Both the position numbers and the translations under genes were made by a program. The notes under the pieces were generated by a model. The model saw only the letters and a program-made list of their open reading frames with translations, was not told the origin of the DNA and did not search any database. From the human T2T-CHM13v2.0 reference genome, Homo sapiens, in the NCBI RefSeq assembly GCF_009914755.1, contig NC_060927.1: a DNA stretch of 64,000 bases, one strand, 5' to 3'. Shown piece by piece: positions 13,163-29,600 of the stretch. Numbering within the stretch: position 1 is the stretch's first letter; each line of letters starts with the position of its first letter.

Positions 13163-16100
13163 TTTTTCTTTTAATGTTAACATTTTATTTAAACCAGTAC
13201 AAGCACCATGCTTAACAAAAGACTGTCCCAAATAAACATGCAATATGAACTAGCAGAGACTGAAACCACAGCTTAAGAAATTGTGCCAGTTGTTGGTTTT
13301 TTTAAATGATGACAGAGAACTGTTAAAATTCACAAGACTAAACCATTAATGTTTCAAGCCTCCTGAATGAGATTATATTGGACCATGGAAATCAGTGGGA
13401 ACTGCCCTGGCATGTTAATGATCTCAAACAATATTCAAGTAATTATATTTACATGAATTATACTCCAAAAAGCAAGAAAATACAATTTCTATCACAAGAT
13501 TACTGTATATGAGCACTGATTTGAAATGTCAAATGGCATAATAAAAACAAATTTCTCAAGAATATTCAGCTTGGGACCATTGGTTTTAAGTGGCTAGAAG
13601 ATTATTACATTCTTTCAGAAATACAAAATAAGATTTGTCCAGAAATGTTTGAAATACATCCTCACAGAAGTTGTAATGGCTCAAACTCTATAGATTCCAG
13701 TATTATCAGTTTATTGAACAAATAGGGAAAGCAACCACAGTAAGAATACTTGAATTTATAGAATGCAAGTTACCCTCTACTTCCACCAAATATCAGCATT
13801 TAAACTTTTATGAAAATATCTATTCATCACTAGTCCACATATGGATTAATGACATTGCTCAGGTTTTAAAAGTAGTTCAAACATTTTTTTAAGTATACCT
13901 TCCTTAGTATCTATATGGGTTGGGGGGAAACAGCCAAATTTAATTTGGCAATAAACTCCCCTAACTGGAAATTTTTAGCTAAAGTGTCAGACGAGGATAC
14001 AGTTTATGGCTACATTTGACTCCTGAAAATGGGAGATAAAAGGGGAGGGAAAAGTGCTGACACACATTTTGCCACACAGATTATTTAGTAATGACAGTAA
14101 AAAAATTTAGCAACACGCTCTTAACAGTATGTTTAACTGCATTAGGCATTTAGTAAACTTTTAGAACTAGACAATTTGAACATTTATTTTAGAAGTCAAT
14201 TAAACAAAAGCAGTCAACCAACTTTTTTCCTAATATAATAGCATCAACACCAGAACAAAGTGATCACTATTAAAAACTCAGCCATTTTGGAATTTCAGCA
14301 TAGTAACCTGAGAAGTTTTCTTCATATGTGTTTTTGTTGTCATGGAAACCACACTAAATAATACTGTGATTACCAGTTGATTTTATCTTGACATTAGATG
14401 CTATGCAGAACTTATGCAAGGCCAACAATTTCAAAACTAGTGCTGACTTAGAAGACCATGAAGGAGGGTCCCAGGAAAAAAGTTGCTGCCAAAAAGGAAA
14501 GAATGATTAAGGTTGAATGGGAATGGTTGTACCAGAAAGATACAGAATGTAAAAACTGGAATTATGAAAAAAACAAAAAACAAAAAACTGGAATTATGAA
14601 ACCTGGAGTTATTATCGGGGGATGGCAGAAAAAAAGACACTAAATAGGAAATATACTTGAAAAGAACAATGCAAAATTTAGTAAGATGAAAGGGAAATCT
14701 ATACAAATGTTTGAGAACATTTTAGAGCATGGGATTTGTAAATCTCCCCATAGAACAGATAAAATAAAAATGTCCTACTGATCCTCTAGCCTCAATCTGT
14801 TGTGTTGCAAAAAACATGTTATTGACTAGGAGTCAGGCAAGCTCAAAAAAGCATGGTTTATCACAGCTCTTCGCTCCTGTTAAAGAGAGTAGGGGAACTA
14901 AGGGTTCTAATGTACGGCAGGTCAATATTATCTGACATTATGGAGGACCTCCAAATTTAAAAATAAAACTAAAACATGCAAGAAAAAATAAGGAACTTCA
15001 TTTAAAAATACATTATTGCAGCACTAGTTTCTCTTATTGCTGCAAACCAGGTGAAACAAAACCTAAACCTCATTTCCTTCATTCAAAAACATTAAAAACA
15101 CTCTCCACTCACTTGGATTACATTTGCATTTCTACAGAATTATATGCATGTTATTATCCAATATCAAAATACCTGTTTAAAGAATTCTTAAACTTCCTGG
15201 GTGGGTTTTCTCTCTCTCTGGAAATTGGAATAAAGATTCTTTTGCCTCCAAGAACCAAAACAAACACCTACTCTAGAACTTTCTCATCTCCAACTAACTT
15301 TCTACTGCTTGCTGACTTCTAAATTAGTGAAGCCAAGGTTGAGAACAGAAGATGTTCTATTCAATATCATGAAAATTCCATCTTTACTTCTCACAGAAAC
15401 CTCAAAAATAAAATACAAAGAAGATACGAATGGAAAACATGCCAAAATTTAAATTTTCCTAGTTTTGAGATGACTAAGATGTTCTTAATATAAGAATTCA
15501 CTCACCAAATTTGGTTAGTCTTCAGAGTCTCTAGACCTATTATCAAATTAATGTTCAATGGTTACTTATATATTTGTTTTTATAAGTATGCCAAATAACA
15601 GAATCCTTGCTTTATGCCAAGAATACCATCATCTAACAAGACTGGTTTAGTTAACTATTCAAGCATCCAGTTCAGAATATCTTCTGACCATTAGGATATA
15701 AGACGTGATATTGATGTTTTAACGTTATTATCTATGGCCAAAGTTTTAAGTTAATTTTTTCCTATGGCACAAAACTAATCACAAGTATACCCAAAATTAT
15801 AACTCTCGACTGCCATGTATTCACCAATTCAAGCAGATAGTCGGAATTTTTAAAATATGAAGTTGATTTTATTATAAATTTCAGATATACGCATTAGAAA
15901 ATTATTTTATTTGGACTCTTTAAAAAAGTATTAATTTCACCAAATCTGGAATACTGAAGTGTAAAAGTCTTAGACTAACTTTAAAGCTAACAAATCAAAG
16001 GCACAGTATTAACACATTTAAAATAACTAGTGTTCACAGGACATTAAGCGGTGCTTTATAAATGAAGTGTTATTAACCTAGACGCAAAACTGTTTAGAAA

Positions 16101-17284
16101 TGACGTAAAAGGAATGAAGCCCTTGATTATTACAACCCACCAATTTCTAAGACTAAGATGCTATTTTCCATAAGGAGAAAAGCTAACGGTCATAATTCTA
16201 TCATAAAATCTAACTCCCCAACCTTAAAAATTAGTGATTGATGAACATAGTTTCTAGACTTGATTAAAAAGATACAGAAAACCAAACAAGATGCAGAACT
16301 GATCAATGTACTTGTAATGCAGGTTACACTACAGTAAATTATTCATGGCTCAATACTGGGTCACTCAAGTCTTTGACCCCACATCAATTTCAATGATTTG
16401 ACAAGTGATAATAAGCTATTTTCATAAATAAACTGCTAATATCCAGTATTTGTCAAAAGGAGGCAACTGTTGTCTCTCACAATCTAATATATCCACATTC
16501 CAGTGGTGTCTGTAAATAGTAACAAATTCTGAACCATAAGTTATAGAAGTTAGTCACAAGAGTGCAAAAAGTCCATGGAGAAAAGTAATCCACCGAATAA
16601 TTACCAATATAAGGAAACACTGTACAAAGTTTCATTACTATAAAGATGATTTCCTCTTTGATCAAACTTTGCACAAATGAAGAATTTTTCTTTACTGCAG
16701 AAAACAAACTGTAAGTAACAATGCATTTTTAGACACAAATAAGTATTTATGTCTGGTTCCAGTATGGTAGGGTAATACATAAATACTTTAGAAACACAGA
16801 AGTTCACATTAGTGGAAAAATCCAAGTTTCTCACATAACCATTCTTCAGTCAGTTCTTCCGTATTTCTTATTTCAAATATCTTGGTTAGTTCAGCTGTCT
16901 GGACTAGCTTATTCTTACTGCCAGCATATATCATTTGTTGTTCAGGCTTACATCCAACAGGACTGGAGAAAATAAAGCACGGAGGATATGGAACTCTCCC
17001 ATCCATTATGTTGATATTTATAACTATACACAATGAAACGAGGTTGTCGTTCAGGTAGTTCATCTTTAAGTTCATCTGGTGAAATACCCTCAAGCTCCTC
17101 ATCCAGTACCACCAGGCGTTTATCCTTCAATCTTCATTACAATAGAAGCATTGTTTGTTTCTTTGTGAAAACGAAACTTTCTCAGCTTTTCCACTAAATC
17201 TTCAGCAACATCAAAACCACCAAAGACTCACTCATTTCCTTTCCGCCGTCAGTGGCCTGTTGCCTTCACTTGGGCACCTTTTTC
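13163..17284 (-). pseudogene. GMFBP1: Full-length processed pseudogene of glia maturation factor beta (GMFB), including about 3.6 kb of 3'UTR
   Basis: Intronless CDS 17235->16809 (MSESLVV...[40 protein letters not shown]...[16 protein letters not shown]...EKLGFFH*) with three frameshifts (-1, -2, +1). AATAAA at 13189-13184, short poly(A) remnant, perfect 17-bp TSD TAGTGGGACTATATCTT at 13146-13162 and 17285-17301. Symbol is from recall. Confidence 0.93.
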
Positions 17285-17816
17285 TAGTGGGACTATATCT
17301 TACATATGTACTTTACAGATCAAGGTTAAGTATCATTCTTCCTATATGAACGGTAGTTCATATTAAGAAGAAATACGGTTAAAATATTATCACTGATAAA
17401 CATTAAAAGTATGTTTACTGAACATAAGTGGTGAGAGTGGAAGGAAAAAATAGTATGTTTAATAGCAATGCAGAAAAACCTTGGTAAAGGCTTCTTTGCC
17501 TAATTGCAAATTAGGATATATTTCCTTCATACAAAAATTATCATGTTTGGCCACAGATACCAATCAAATTTGTATTGCTAAATGTTGATTGATAGACTAT
17601 GGTTCATAAATTAGCCTAGTTATAATGACAAGCAGACTGTGATTTAATTGTTTAATAAGTAACTTTCATGTGTTCAGTAGCTACATAACAAATTGCCCCA
17701 AAACTTAATGGTGAAAAATGACAAATGTTTATTATTTGCCATGAGTTGAGTGTTGGCTGGGTAGTTCTGTCTTGACGGGCTTGGATGCTTATTAATGATC
17801 AAGGATGACTCACTTT

Positions 17817-18945
17817 TTTTTTTTTTTTGAGATGGAGTCTTGCTCTGTCACCCAGGCTGGAGTGCAGTGGCGTGATCTCGGCCACTGCAACCTCCGCCTT
17901 GAAGGGGTGGGTTGCCCCTCCACACCTGTGGGTGTTTCTCGTAAGGTGGAATGAGAGACTTGGAGAAGAACAAGACACAGAGACAAAGTATAGAGAAAGA
18001 AATAGGGGGACCCGGGGAACCAGCGTTCAGCATATGGAGGATCCCGCCAGCCTCTGAGTTCCCTTAGTATTTATTGATCATTCGTGGGTGTTTCTCCGAG
18101 AGAGGGATGTGTTAGGGTCACAAGATAATAGTGGGGAGAGGGTCAGCAGACAAACATGTGAACAAAGGTCTTTGCATCATAGACAAGGTAAAGGATTAAG
18201 TGCTGTGCTTTTAAATATGCATACACATAAACATCTCAATGCTTTACGAAGCAGTATTGCTGCTCGCATGTCCCACCTCAGCCCTAAGGCGGTTTTTCCC
18301 TATCTCAGTAGATGGACCGTACAATCGGGTTTTATACGGAGACATTCCATTGCCCAGGGACGGGCAGGAGACAGATGCCTTCCTCTTGTCTCAACTGCAA
18401 GAGGCATGCCTTCCTCTTATACTAATCCTCCTCAGCACAGACCCTTTACGGGTGTCAGGCTGGGGGACGGTCAGGTCTTTCCCTTCCCACGAGGCCATAT
18501 TTCAGACTATCACATGGGGAGAAACCTTGGACAATACCTGGCTTTCCTAGGCAGAGGTCCCTGAGTGTTTGTGTCCCTGGGTACTTGAGATTAGGGAGTG
18601 GTGATGACTCTTAAGGAGCACGCTGCCTTCAAGCATCTGTTTAACAAAGCACATCTTGCGCAACCCTTAATCCATTTAACCCTGAGTTTGATGCAGCACA
18701 TGTTTCAGAGAGCACGGGGTTGGGGGTAAGGTCATAGATTAACAGAATCTCAAGGCAGAGGAATTTTTCTTAGTACAGAGCAAAATGGAGTCTCCTATGT
18801 CTACTTCTTTCTATACAGACACAGTAACAATCTGATCTCTCTTGCTTTTCCCCACACCGCCTCCTGGGTTCAAGCAATTCTCTGCCACAGCCTCCCGAGT
18901 AGCTAGGATTACAGGCGTCCACCACCACACCTGGTTAATTTTTTT
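17817..18945 (-). mobile_element. Alu right arm, interrupted by LTR5
   Basis: Alu sequence at 17817-17899 resumes at 18863 (CCTGGGTTCAAGCAATTCTC...GGTTAATTTTT). The left monomer is absent. Confidence 0.9.
17900..18856 (-). mobile_element. HERV-K(HML-2) solo LTR (LTR5A/B type), 957 bp
   Basis: Minus strand TGTGGGGAAAAGCAAGAGAGATCAGATTGTTACTGTG...GGGGCAACCCACCCCTTCA; 6-bp TSD CCGCCT at 17894-17899 and 18857-18862. Confidence 0.93.
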
Positions 18946-20005
18946 TATTATTATTATACTTTAAGTTCTGGGTTACATGTGCAGAATGGGAGGTTTGTTA
19001 CATAGGTATACATGTGCCATGGTGGTTTGCTGCACCCATTAATCCGTCACCTACATTAGGTATTTCTCCTAATGTTATCCCTCCCCTAGCCCCCACCACT
19101 GACAGGCCCCAGTGTGTGATGTTCCCTCCCTGTGTCCATGTGCTCTCATCATTCAACTCCCACCTGTGAGTGAGAACATGCAGTATTTGTTTTTGTGATC
19201 TTGTAATAGCTTGCTCAGAATGATGGTTTCCAGCTTCATCCATGTCCATGCAAAGGACATGAACTTATCCTTTTTTATGGCTGCATAGTATTCCATGGTG
19301 TATATGTGCTGCATATTCTTAATCCAGTTTATCATTGATGGACATTTGGGTTGGTTCCAAGTGTTTGCTATTGTGAATAGTGCTGCAATAAACATACGTG
19401 TGCATATGTCTTTATCATAGAATGATTTATAATCCTTTGGGCATATGCCCAGTAATGGGATTGCTGGGTCAAATTGTATTTCTAGTTCTAGATCCTTGAG
19501 GAATCACCACACTATCTTTCACAATGGTTGAACTAATTTACACTCCCACCAACAGTGTAAAAGTGTTTCAGGTGCTACCAGGGTATGAAAAGAAAAAAAA
19601 AAAAGAGCTCCTGCAGCTAGTTCGGTGTCTGCCCAATTGGCCGCCCAGTTTTGTGCTTGAAACCCAGGGCGCTGGTGAGGCAGGCACCATAGGGAATCTC
19701 CTGGTTTGTGGGTTTCAAAGACCGTGGGACAAGCGCAGTATCTGTGTGGGAGTTTCTCAGGCTGGGACCCTCACAGCTTTCCTTGGGTAGGGGAGAAAAT
19801 TCCCCAACCCCTTGTGCTTCCCAGGTGAGGTGACACCCCACCCTGCTTCAGCTCTCCCTCCATGGGCTGCACCCACTGTCCAATCAGTCCCAGTGAGATG
19901 AACCTGGTACCTACGTTGAAAATGCAGAAATCATCTGCCTTCTGCGTCAATCTTGCTGGGAGCTGCAGACCTGTGCTGTTCCTATTTGGCCATCTTGAAT
20001 CCTTC
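18946..20005 (-). mobile_element. L1PA7/8-like element with about 5 kb internal deletion (start of 5'UTR joined to ORF2 end/3'UTR)
   Basis: 5' start CAAGATGGCCAAATAGGAACAGC near 19998; junction near 19568; ORF2 C-terminal peptide (WNQPKCPSMINWIK) and 3'UTR/poly(A) near 18946. Confidence 0.88.
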
Positions 20006-20707
20006 ATGACTCACTTTCATGTCTGGTGGTTGGTGTTTGGTTGGTTTTAGTAGCAACTGTTCAGTTGGGAAAGCTCATCTCTGCTCCACATAGTCTCTCA
20101 TCTGCCATTAAACCAGCCCAGGCTTCTTAACATAGTGGTCTCAGGGTTCTAAAGAGGAGTGAGGGAAGGCAAATTAATAAACAGATGCTTTCAAGTCTCT
20201 GCTTGATAAATTTGCTAATGTCCCACTGGCCAAAGTAAGTCACATGGCCAAGCCCAGGATCCAGGGGCATAGACTTTCCACAAGAGGAAGAAGATCACTC
20301 TGCATCTAACTAACCTTTCTCTCCCTCATCAACTTAAGGCTCAGGAAGCTCCCAGGTGCCAAAAAAGGGGATTCCTCCATTGGCTGATCTGTAGTAATAT
20401 TCACAAAATGAAAATTCCATTTCAATGAAGAAGTTGGTTCTTAAAATTTGCCTGCTGTAGTATTAAGGAGCTGTGTTTGCCTGAAGTTTTAAACAAGTAT
20501 CAATGTATTCAAAATAAAGCTTGCTAAATCAGATTTTCTCCAGAGTGATGTAAGACTTAGCATCATTTTTCCACCTGGGGCATAATATTGTTAAGTGAAC
20601 AATGTATATGGGCAGCTGAATATGCATTCTAAATAGGAGAGTAATAATGACGTTGATAAGTAAAACCCTAATGAACCACATTATTTTTCTTGTTTTCTTT
20701 CACCTAG

Positions 20708-20864
20708 CACAAAAAAAGTTTCATCCATGAAGAAGATTGTTAGCACATTATCTGTTGCAGTTGTTTTTGGAATTACCTGGATTCTAGCATACCTGATGCT
20801 AGTTAATGATGATAGCATCAGGATCGTCTTCAGCTACATATTCTGCCTTTTCAACACTACACAG
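20708..20864 (+). CDS. ADGRG7: ADGRG7 coding exon, TM6-ECL3-TM7 (TKKVSSMKKIVSTLSVAVVFGITWILAYLMLVNDDSIRIVFSYIFCLFNTTQ)
   Basis: cacctag|C ... CAG|gtatgg; 157 bp, phase 2-0; GITW and FNTTQ-G motifs. Confidence 0.96.
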
Positions 20865-20963
20865 GTATGGTGCGGATTAGTCTGAAAGTAGCAGAACACG
20901 CAGTGGTGGAGATATCATCTTGATATCTTAGTTACCTTTAAGAGACTATTTTAAAAAAATCTA

Positions 20964-21315
20964 GGCCAGGCGCGGTGGCTCACGCCTGTAATGCCAGCAC
21001 TTTGGGAGGCTGAGGTGGGCGGATCACGAGGTCAGGAGATTGAGACCATCCTGGCTAACATGGTGAAACCCCATCTCTACTAAAAAAAATACAAAAAATT
21101 AGCCGGGTGTGGTGGCGGGCGCCTGTAGTCCCAGCTAGGGAGTAGTCTCCTGTAGTCTCCTCCTACTGTAATCTCCTCCTGTAGTCTCCTGCTGAGGCAC
21201 GAGAATGGCTTGAACCCGGGAGGCGGAGCTTGCAGTGAGCTGAGATCGCGCCACCGCACTCCAGCCTGGGCGACAGAGTGAGACTCCATCTCAAAAAAAA
21301 AAAAAAAAAAAAAAA
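20964..21315 (+). mobile_element. AluY-like SINE with an internal repetitive insertion
   Basis: Full dimer, TSD AAAAAAATCTA(G); about 50 bp of extra CTGTAGTCTCCT repeats at 21138-21190. Confidence 0.92.
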
Positions 21316-21505
21316 TCTAGTGGGTACATAGTAGGTGTATATATTTATGGAGTACAAGAGATATTTTGATACTGGCATAAAATGTATAACAATCACTTCA
21401 GGGTAAATGGGGTACCCATATCCTCAAGCATTTACCCTTTCTGTTACAAACAATCAAATTATACTCTCAGTTATTTAAAAATATACAATTAAATTATTAT
21501 TGACT

Positions 21506-21835
<330 letters not shown>

Positions 21836-22317
21836 TCAAATACTAGATCTTATTCATTCTAACTATATTTTTGTACCAATACCCATTAACCATTCCCGCT
21901 TTCCCCTCCCGTCACTACCATTCCCAGCCTCTGGTAACAAACATTCTACTCTCTATCTCCAGGATTTCAATTTTTTAAACTCTTTAGGTCCCAAATAATT
22001 GAGAACATGCAAAGTTTGACTTTCTGTGCCTGGTTTATTTCACTTAACATAATGACCTCCAGTTCCATCCATGTTGTTACAAATGACAGGATCTCATTCT
22101 TTTTAATGGCTGAATAGTACTCCATTGTGTATATGTACTGCATTATCTTTATCCATTCGTCTGTTGATGGATACTTACTTTGCTTCTAAGTCTTGGCTAT
22201 TATGAATAGTGCTGTGAAAAACACGGGAGTGCAGATATTTCTTTGATGTACTGATTTCTTTTGGATATATATCTAGCAGTAGGATTGCTGGATCATATGG
22301 TAGTTCTATTTTTAGCT

Positions 22318-25878
<3,561 letters not shown>

Positions 25879-26245
25879 TGTTTTTATGTCTGCCTGTTTT
25901 GTTTCTGTTTTTATGCCAGTACTATGCTGTTTTCATTACTATAGCTCTGTAGTGTAATTTGAAGTCAAGTAATGTGATTCCTCCAGTTTTGTTCTTTTTG
26001 CTAATGATAGCTTTGGCTATTCTAGGTCTTTTGTGGTTCCATATAAATTTTAGGAACATTTTTTTCTTTTTCTGTGAAGAATGCCATTGGTGTTTTGATA
26101 GAGATTGCATAGAATCTGTAGATTGCTTTGAGTAGTGTGGACAGTTTTAAAATATTGATTTTCCAATCCATGAACATGGAATCTCTTTCCATTTTTTGTG
26201 TCCTCTTCAATTGGTTGCATGCAGGTTTTATAGTTTTCGTTGTAG

Positions 26246-26627
<382 letters not shown>

Positions 26628-29600
26628 CTTAATTTCTTTTTCAGGTTGTTTGATGTTGGCATATAGAAATGCTACTAACTTATGTATGTTAATTTTGTAT
26701 CCTGCAACTTTACTGAATTTATCCATTCTAATCTTTTTTTTTTCTTGTGGAGTCTAGTTTTCTCCAAATGTAAGATCATATCATCTGCAAACGAGGATAA
26801 TTTGATTTCTTCCTTTCCAATTTAGATTTTTTAAATTGCTTTCTCTTATCTAATTGCTCTGGCTAGGACTTCCAGTACTATGTTGAATAACAGTGGTGAA
26901 AGTGGGCATCCTTGTTGTGTTCCAGATCTTAGAGGAAAGGCTTTCAGTTTTTTTCCCATTCAGCATGATACTAGCTGTGAGTCCGTCATATACAGCTTTT
27001 ATTGTGTTGAAGTATGTTCCTTCTATCCCCAGTTTTTAAGAGTTTTTACCACGAAGTGATGTTGAATTTTATAAAATTTTTTTTAGCATCAATTGAAACA
27101 ATCATGTGGGTTTTGTCCTTCATTGTGTTGATATGGTGTATCACATTGATTGATTTGCATATGTAGGACCATCCTTGCATTTCTGGGATAAATTCTACTT
27201 TGTCATGATGAATGACCTTTTTAGTGTGTTGCTGAATTTGGTTTTTTAGAATTTTGTTGAGGATTTTTGCATCAACGTTCATCAGATGCATTGGCCTGTA
27301 GTTTCTTTCTTTCTTTCTTTCTTTTTGATGTGCCTTTTTCTGGTTTTGGCACCAGGGTAATACTGGCCTCATGGAGTGAGTTTAGAAGTATTCCCTTTGC
27401 CTCTATTTTTTGGAGTAGTTTGAGTAGGATTGGTGTTAGTTCTTCTTTAAATGTTTGGTAAAATTCAGCAGTGAAACCACAGTTCCTGGGCTTTTCTTTG
27501 CTAGGAAACTTTTTATTACAGCTTCTGTCTCATTACTTGTTACTGGTCTGTTCAGGTTTTGTATTTCTTCATGATTCAATCTTGGTAGGTTGTTTGTGTG
27601 TAGAAATTTGTCCATTTCTTTTAGGTTTTCTAATTTATTGGCATATAGTTGCTCATAGTAGCCACTAATGATCCTTTGAATTTCTGTGGTATCAGTTGTT
27701 ATGTCTCCTTTTTCATCTCTGATCTTATTTATTTGGGTCTTCTCTCTTTTTTTCTTAGTTAATCTGACTAAATGTTTGTCAATTTTTTTGATCTTTAAAA
27801 ATAACCTTTTGTTTCATTGATCTTTTGTTTTCTTCATTTCAATTTCACTTATTTCTGCTCTGATCTTTACTATTTATTTTCTTTACTAATTTTGGTTTTG
27901 ATTTGCTCTTGCTTTTCCAGTTCCTTAAGATGCATCATTAGGTTGTTTATTTGAAGCTTTTCTATTTTTTTTGATGTGGGCACTTATTGCTATAAACTTT
28001 CCTCTTAGTACTACTTTCACTGTATCCCATAAGTTTTGGTATGTTGTGTTTCCATTTTTACTTGTTTCAAGACATTTTTCAACTTCCCTTTTAATTTCTT
28101 TCTTGACTCACCGGTAATTGAGGAGCATATTGTTTAATTTCTATGTGTTTGTATAGTTTCCAAAATACCTCTTGTTATTGATTTCTAGTTTTATTGCGTT
28201 GTGGTCAGAGAAGATACTTGATATAATTTCATTTTTTTGGATTTTTAAAGATTTGTTTTATGTTTTAACATATGGTCTATATTTGAGAATGATCCACATG
28301 CTGAGGAGAAGAATGTGTATTCTGCAGCCATTGGATGAAATGTTCTATAATTATCTATTAGGCCCATTTAGTATATAGTGCAGAGTAATTCTGATATTTC
28401 TTTGTTGATTTTCTGTCTGGAAGATCTATCCAATGCTGAAAATAGGGTGTTGAAATCTCTAGCTATTGTCGTATTAGGGTATATATCTCTCATTAGCTCT
28501 AATAATATTTTATTTATATATGTGGGTGCTCCAGTATTGGGCATATATATATATTTACAATTGTTATATCCTCTTGCTGAATTGACCTTTTTATCATTGT
28601 ATAGTGACCTTTTTCCTTTCTTTTTATAGTTTTTGTCTTGAAATCTATTTTTTCTAAGTAGAGCTACTTCTGCTCTTTTTCGGTTTCTGTGGAGTATCTT
28701 TCTCCATCCATTTATTTTCAGTCTGTGTGTCTTTATAGGTGGTTTGCTTCTTGTAGGCAACATATCATTGGGTCTTGTTTTTTCCTTCATTCAGCCACTC
28801 TATGTCTTTTGATTGCAGAGTTTAGTTCATTTGTGTTATTATTGTGTTATTATTGATACGTAATGACTTACTTCTGCCATTTTGTTACTTGTTTTCTGGT
28901 CTCCTCTTCTTTTCTGTCTTCCTTTTAGTGAAGATGATTTTCTCTGGTGACATGTTTTAACTCTTTGCTTTTTATTTTTTGTGTATCTATTGTATGTTTT
29001 TTGATTTGAGGTTACCACAAGGCTTGCAAATAATATTTTATAAACCATTATTTTAAGCTGATGACAACACTGATTGCATAAACTAACAAACAAAGAGAAA
29101 ACTAATAAAAACTCTATAACTTTTTGTTTTTTCTATTTATATCTTATTATACTGTCTTGAAAAGTTGTTATAGTTATTTTGATAGGTTCATCTTTTCATC
29201 TTTCTGCTCAAGATGTAAGTAGTTTATACACCAGTATAATGTTAGAGTATTCTATTTTACTTACTAATACCAGTGAGTTTCGTACTTTAACATAATTTCT
29301 TATTGCTTATTTTCTTTCAGATCGAAGAACTCCTTTTAGCATTTCTTGTAGGTCAGGGCTGGTGTTGATGAAATCCCTCAGTTTTTGTTTGTCTGGGAAA
29401 ATCTCTATTTCTCCTTCATGTTTGAAGGATATTTTCACCAGATATGCTATTTTAGGCTAGAAGTTTTTCCCTTCATCACTTTAAATATGTCATGTCACTC
29501 TTTTTTGGGCTATAAGGTTTCTACTGAGAAGGCTGCTGCCAGACAAATTGAAGCTCTGTTGTATATTATTTGTTTATTTTCTCTTGCTGCTTTTAGGATC

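Larger units (their letters stand above)
17670..20290. mobile_element. MLT1-type LTR split by the 17817-20005 composite insertion (halves at about 17670-17804 and 20018-20290)
   Basis: MLT1-like text AACAAATTGCCCCAAAACTTAATGG on the left and CCCACTGGCCAAAGTAAGTCACATGGCCAAGCCC on the right. Confidence 0.55.

Noticed and set aside
16809-17235. Functional GMFB retrogene
   Set aside because: Three frameshifts; the native ATG reaches TAG after 13 codons.
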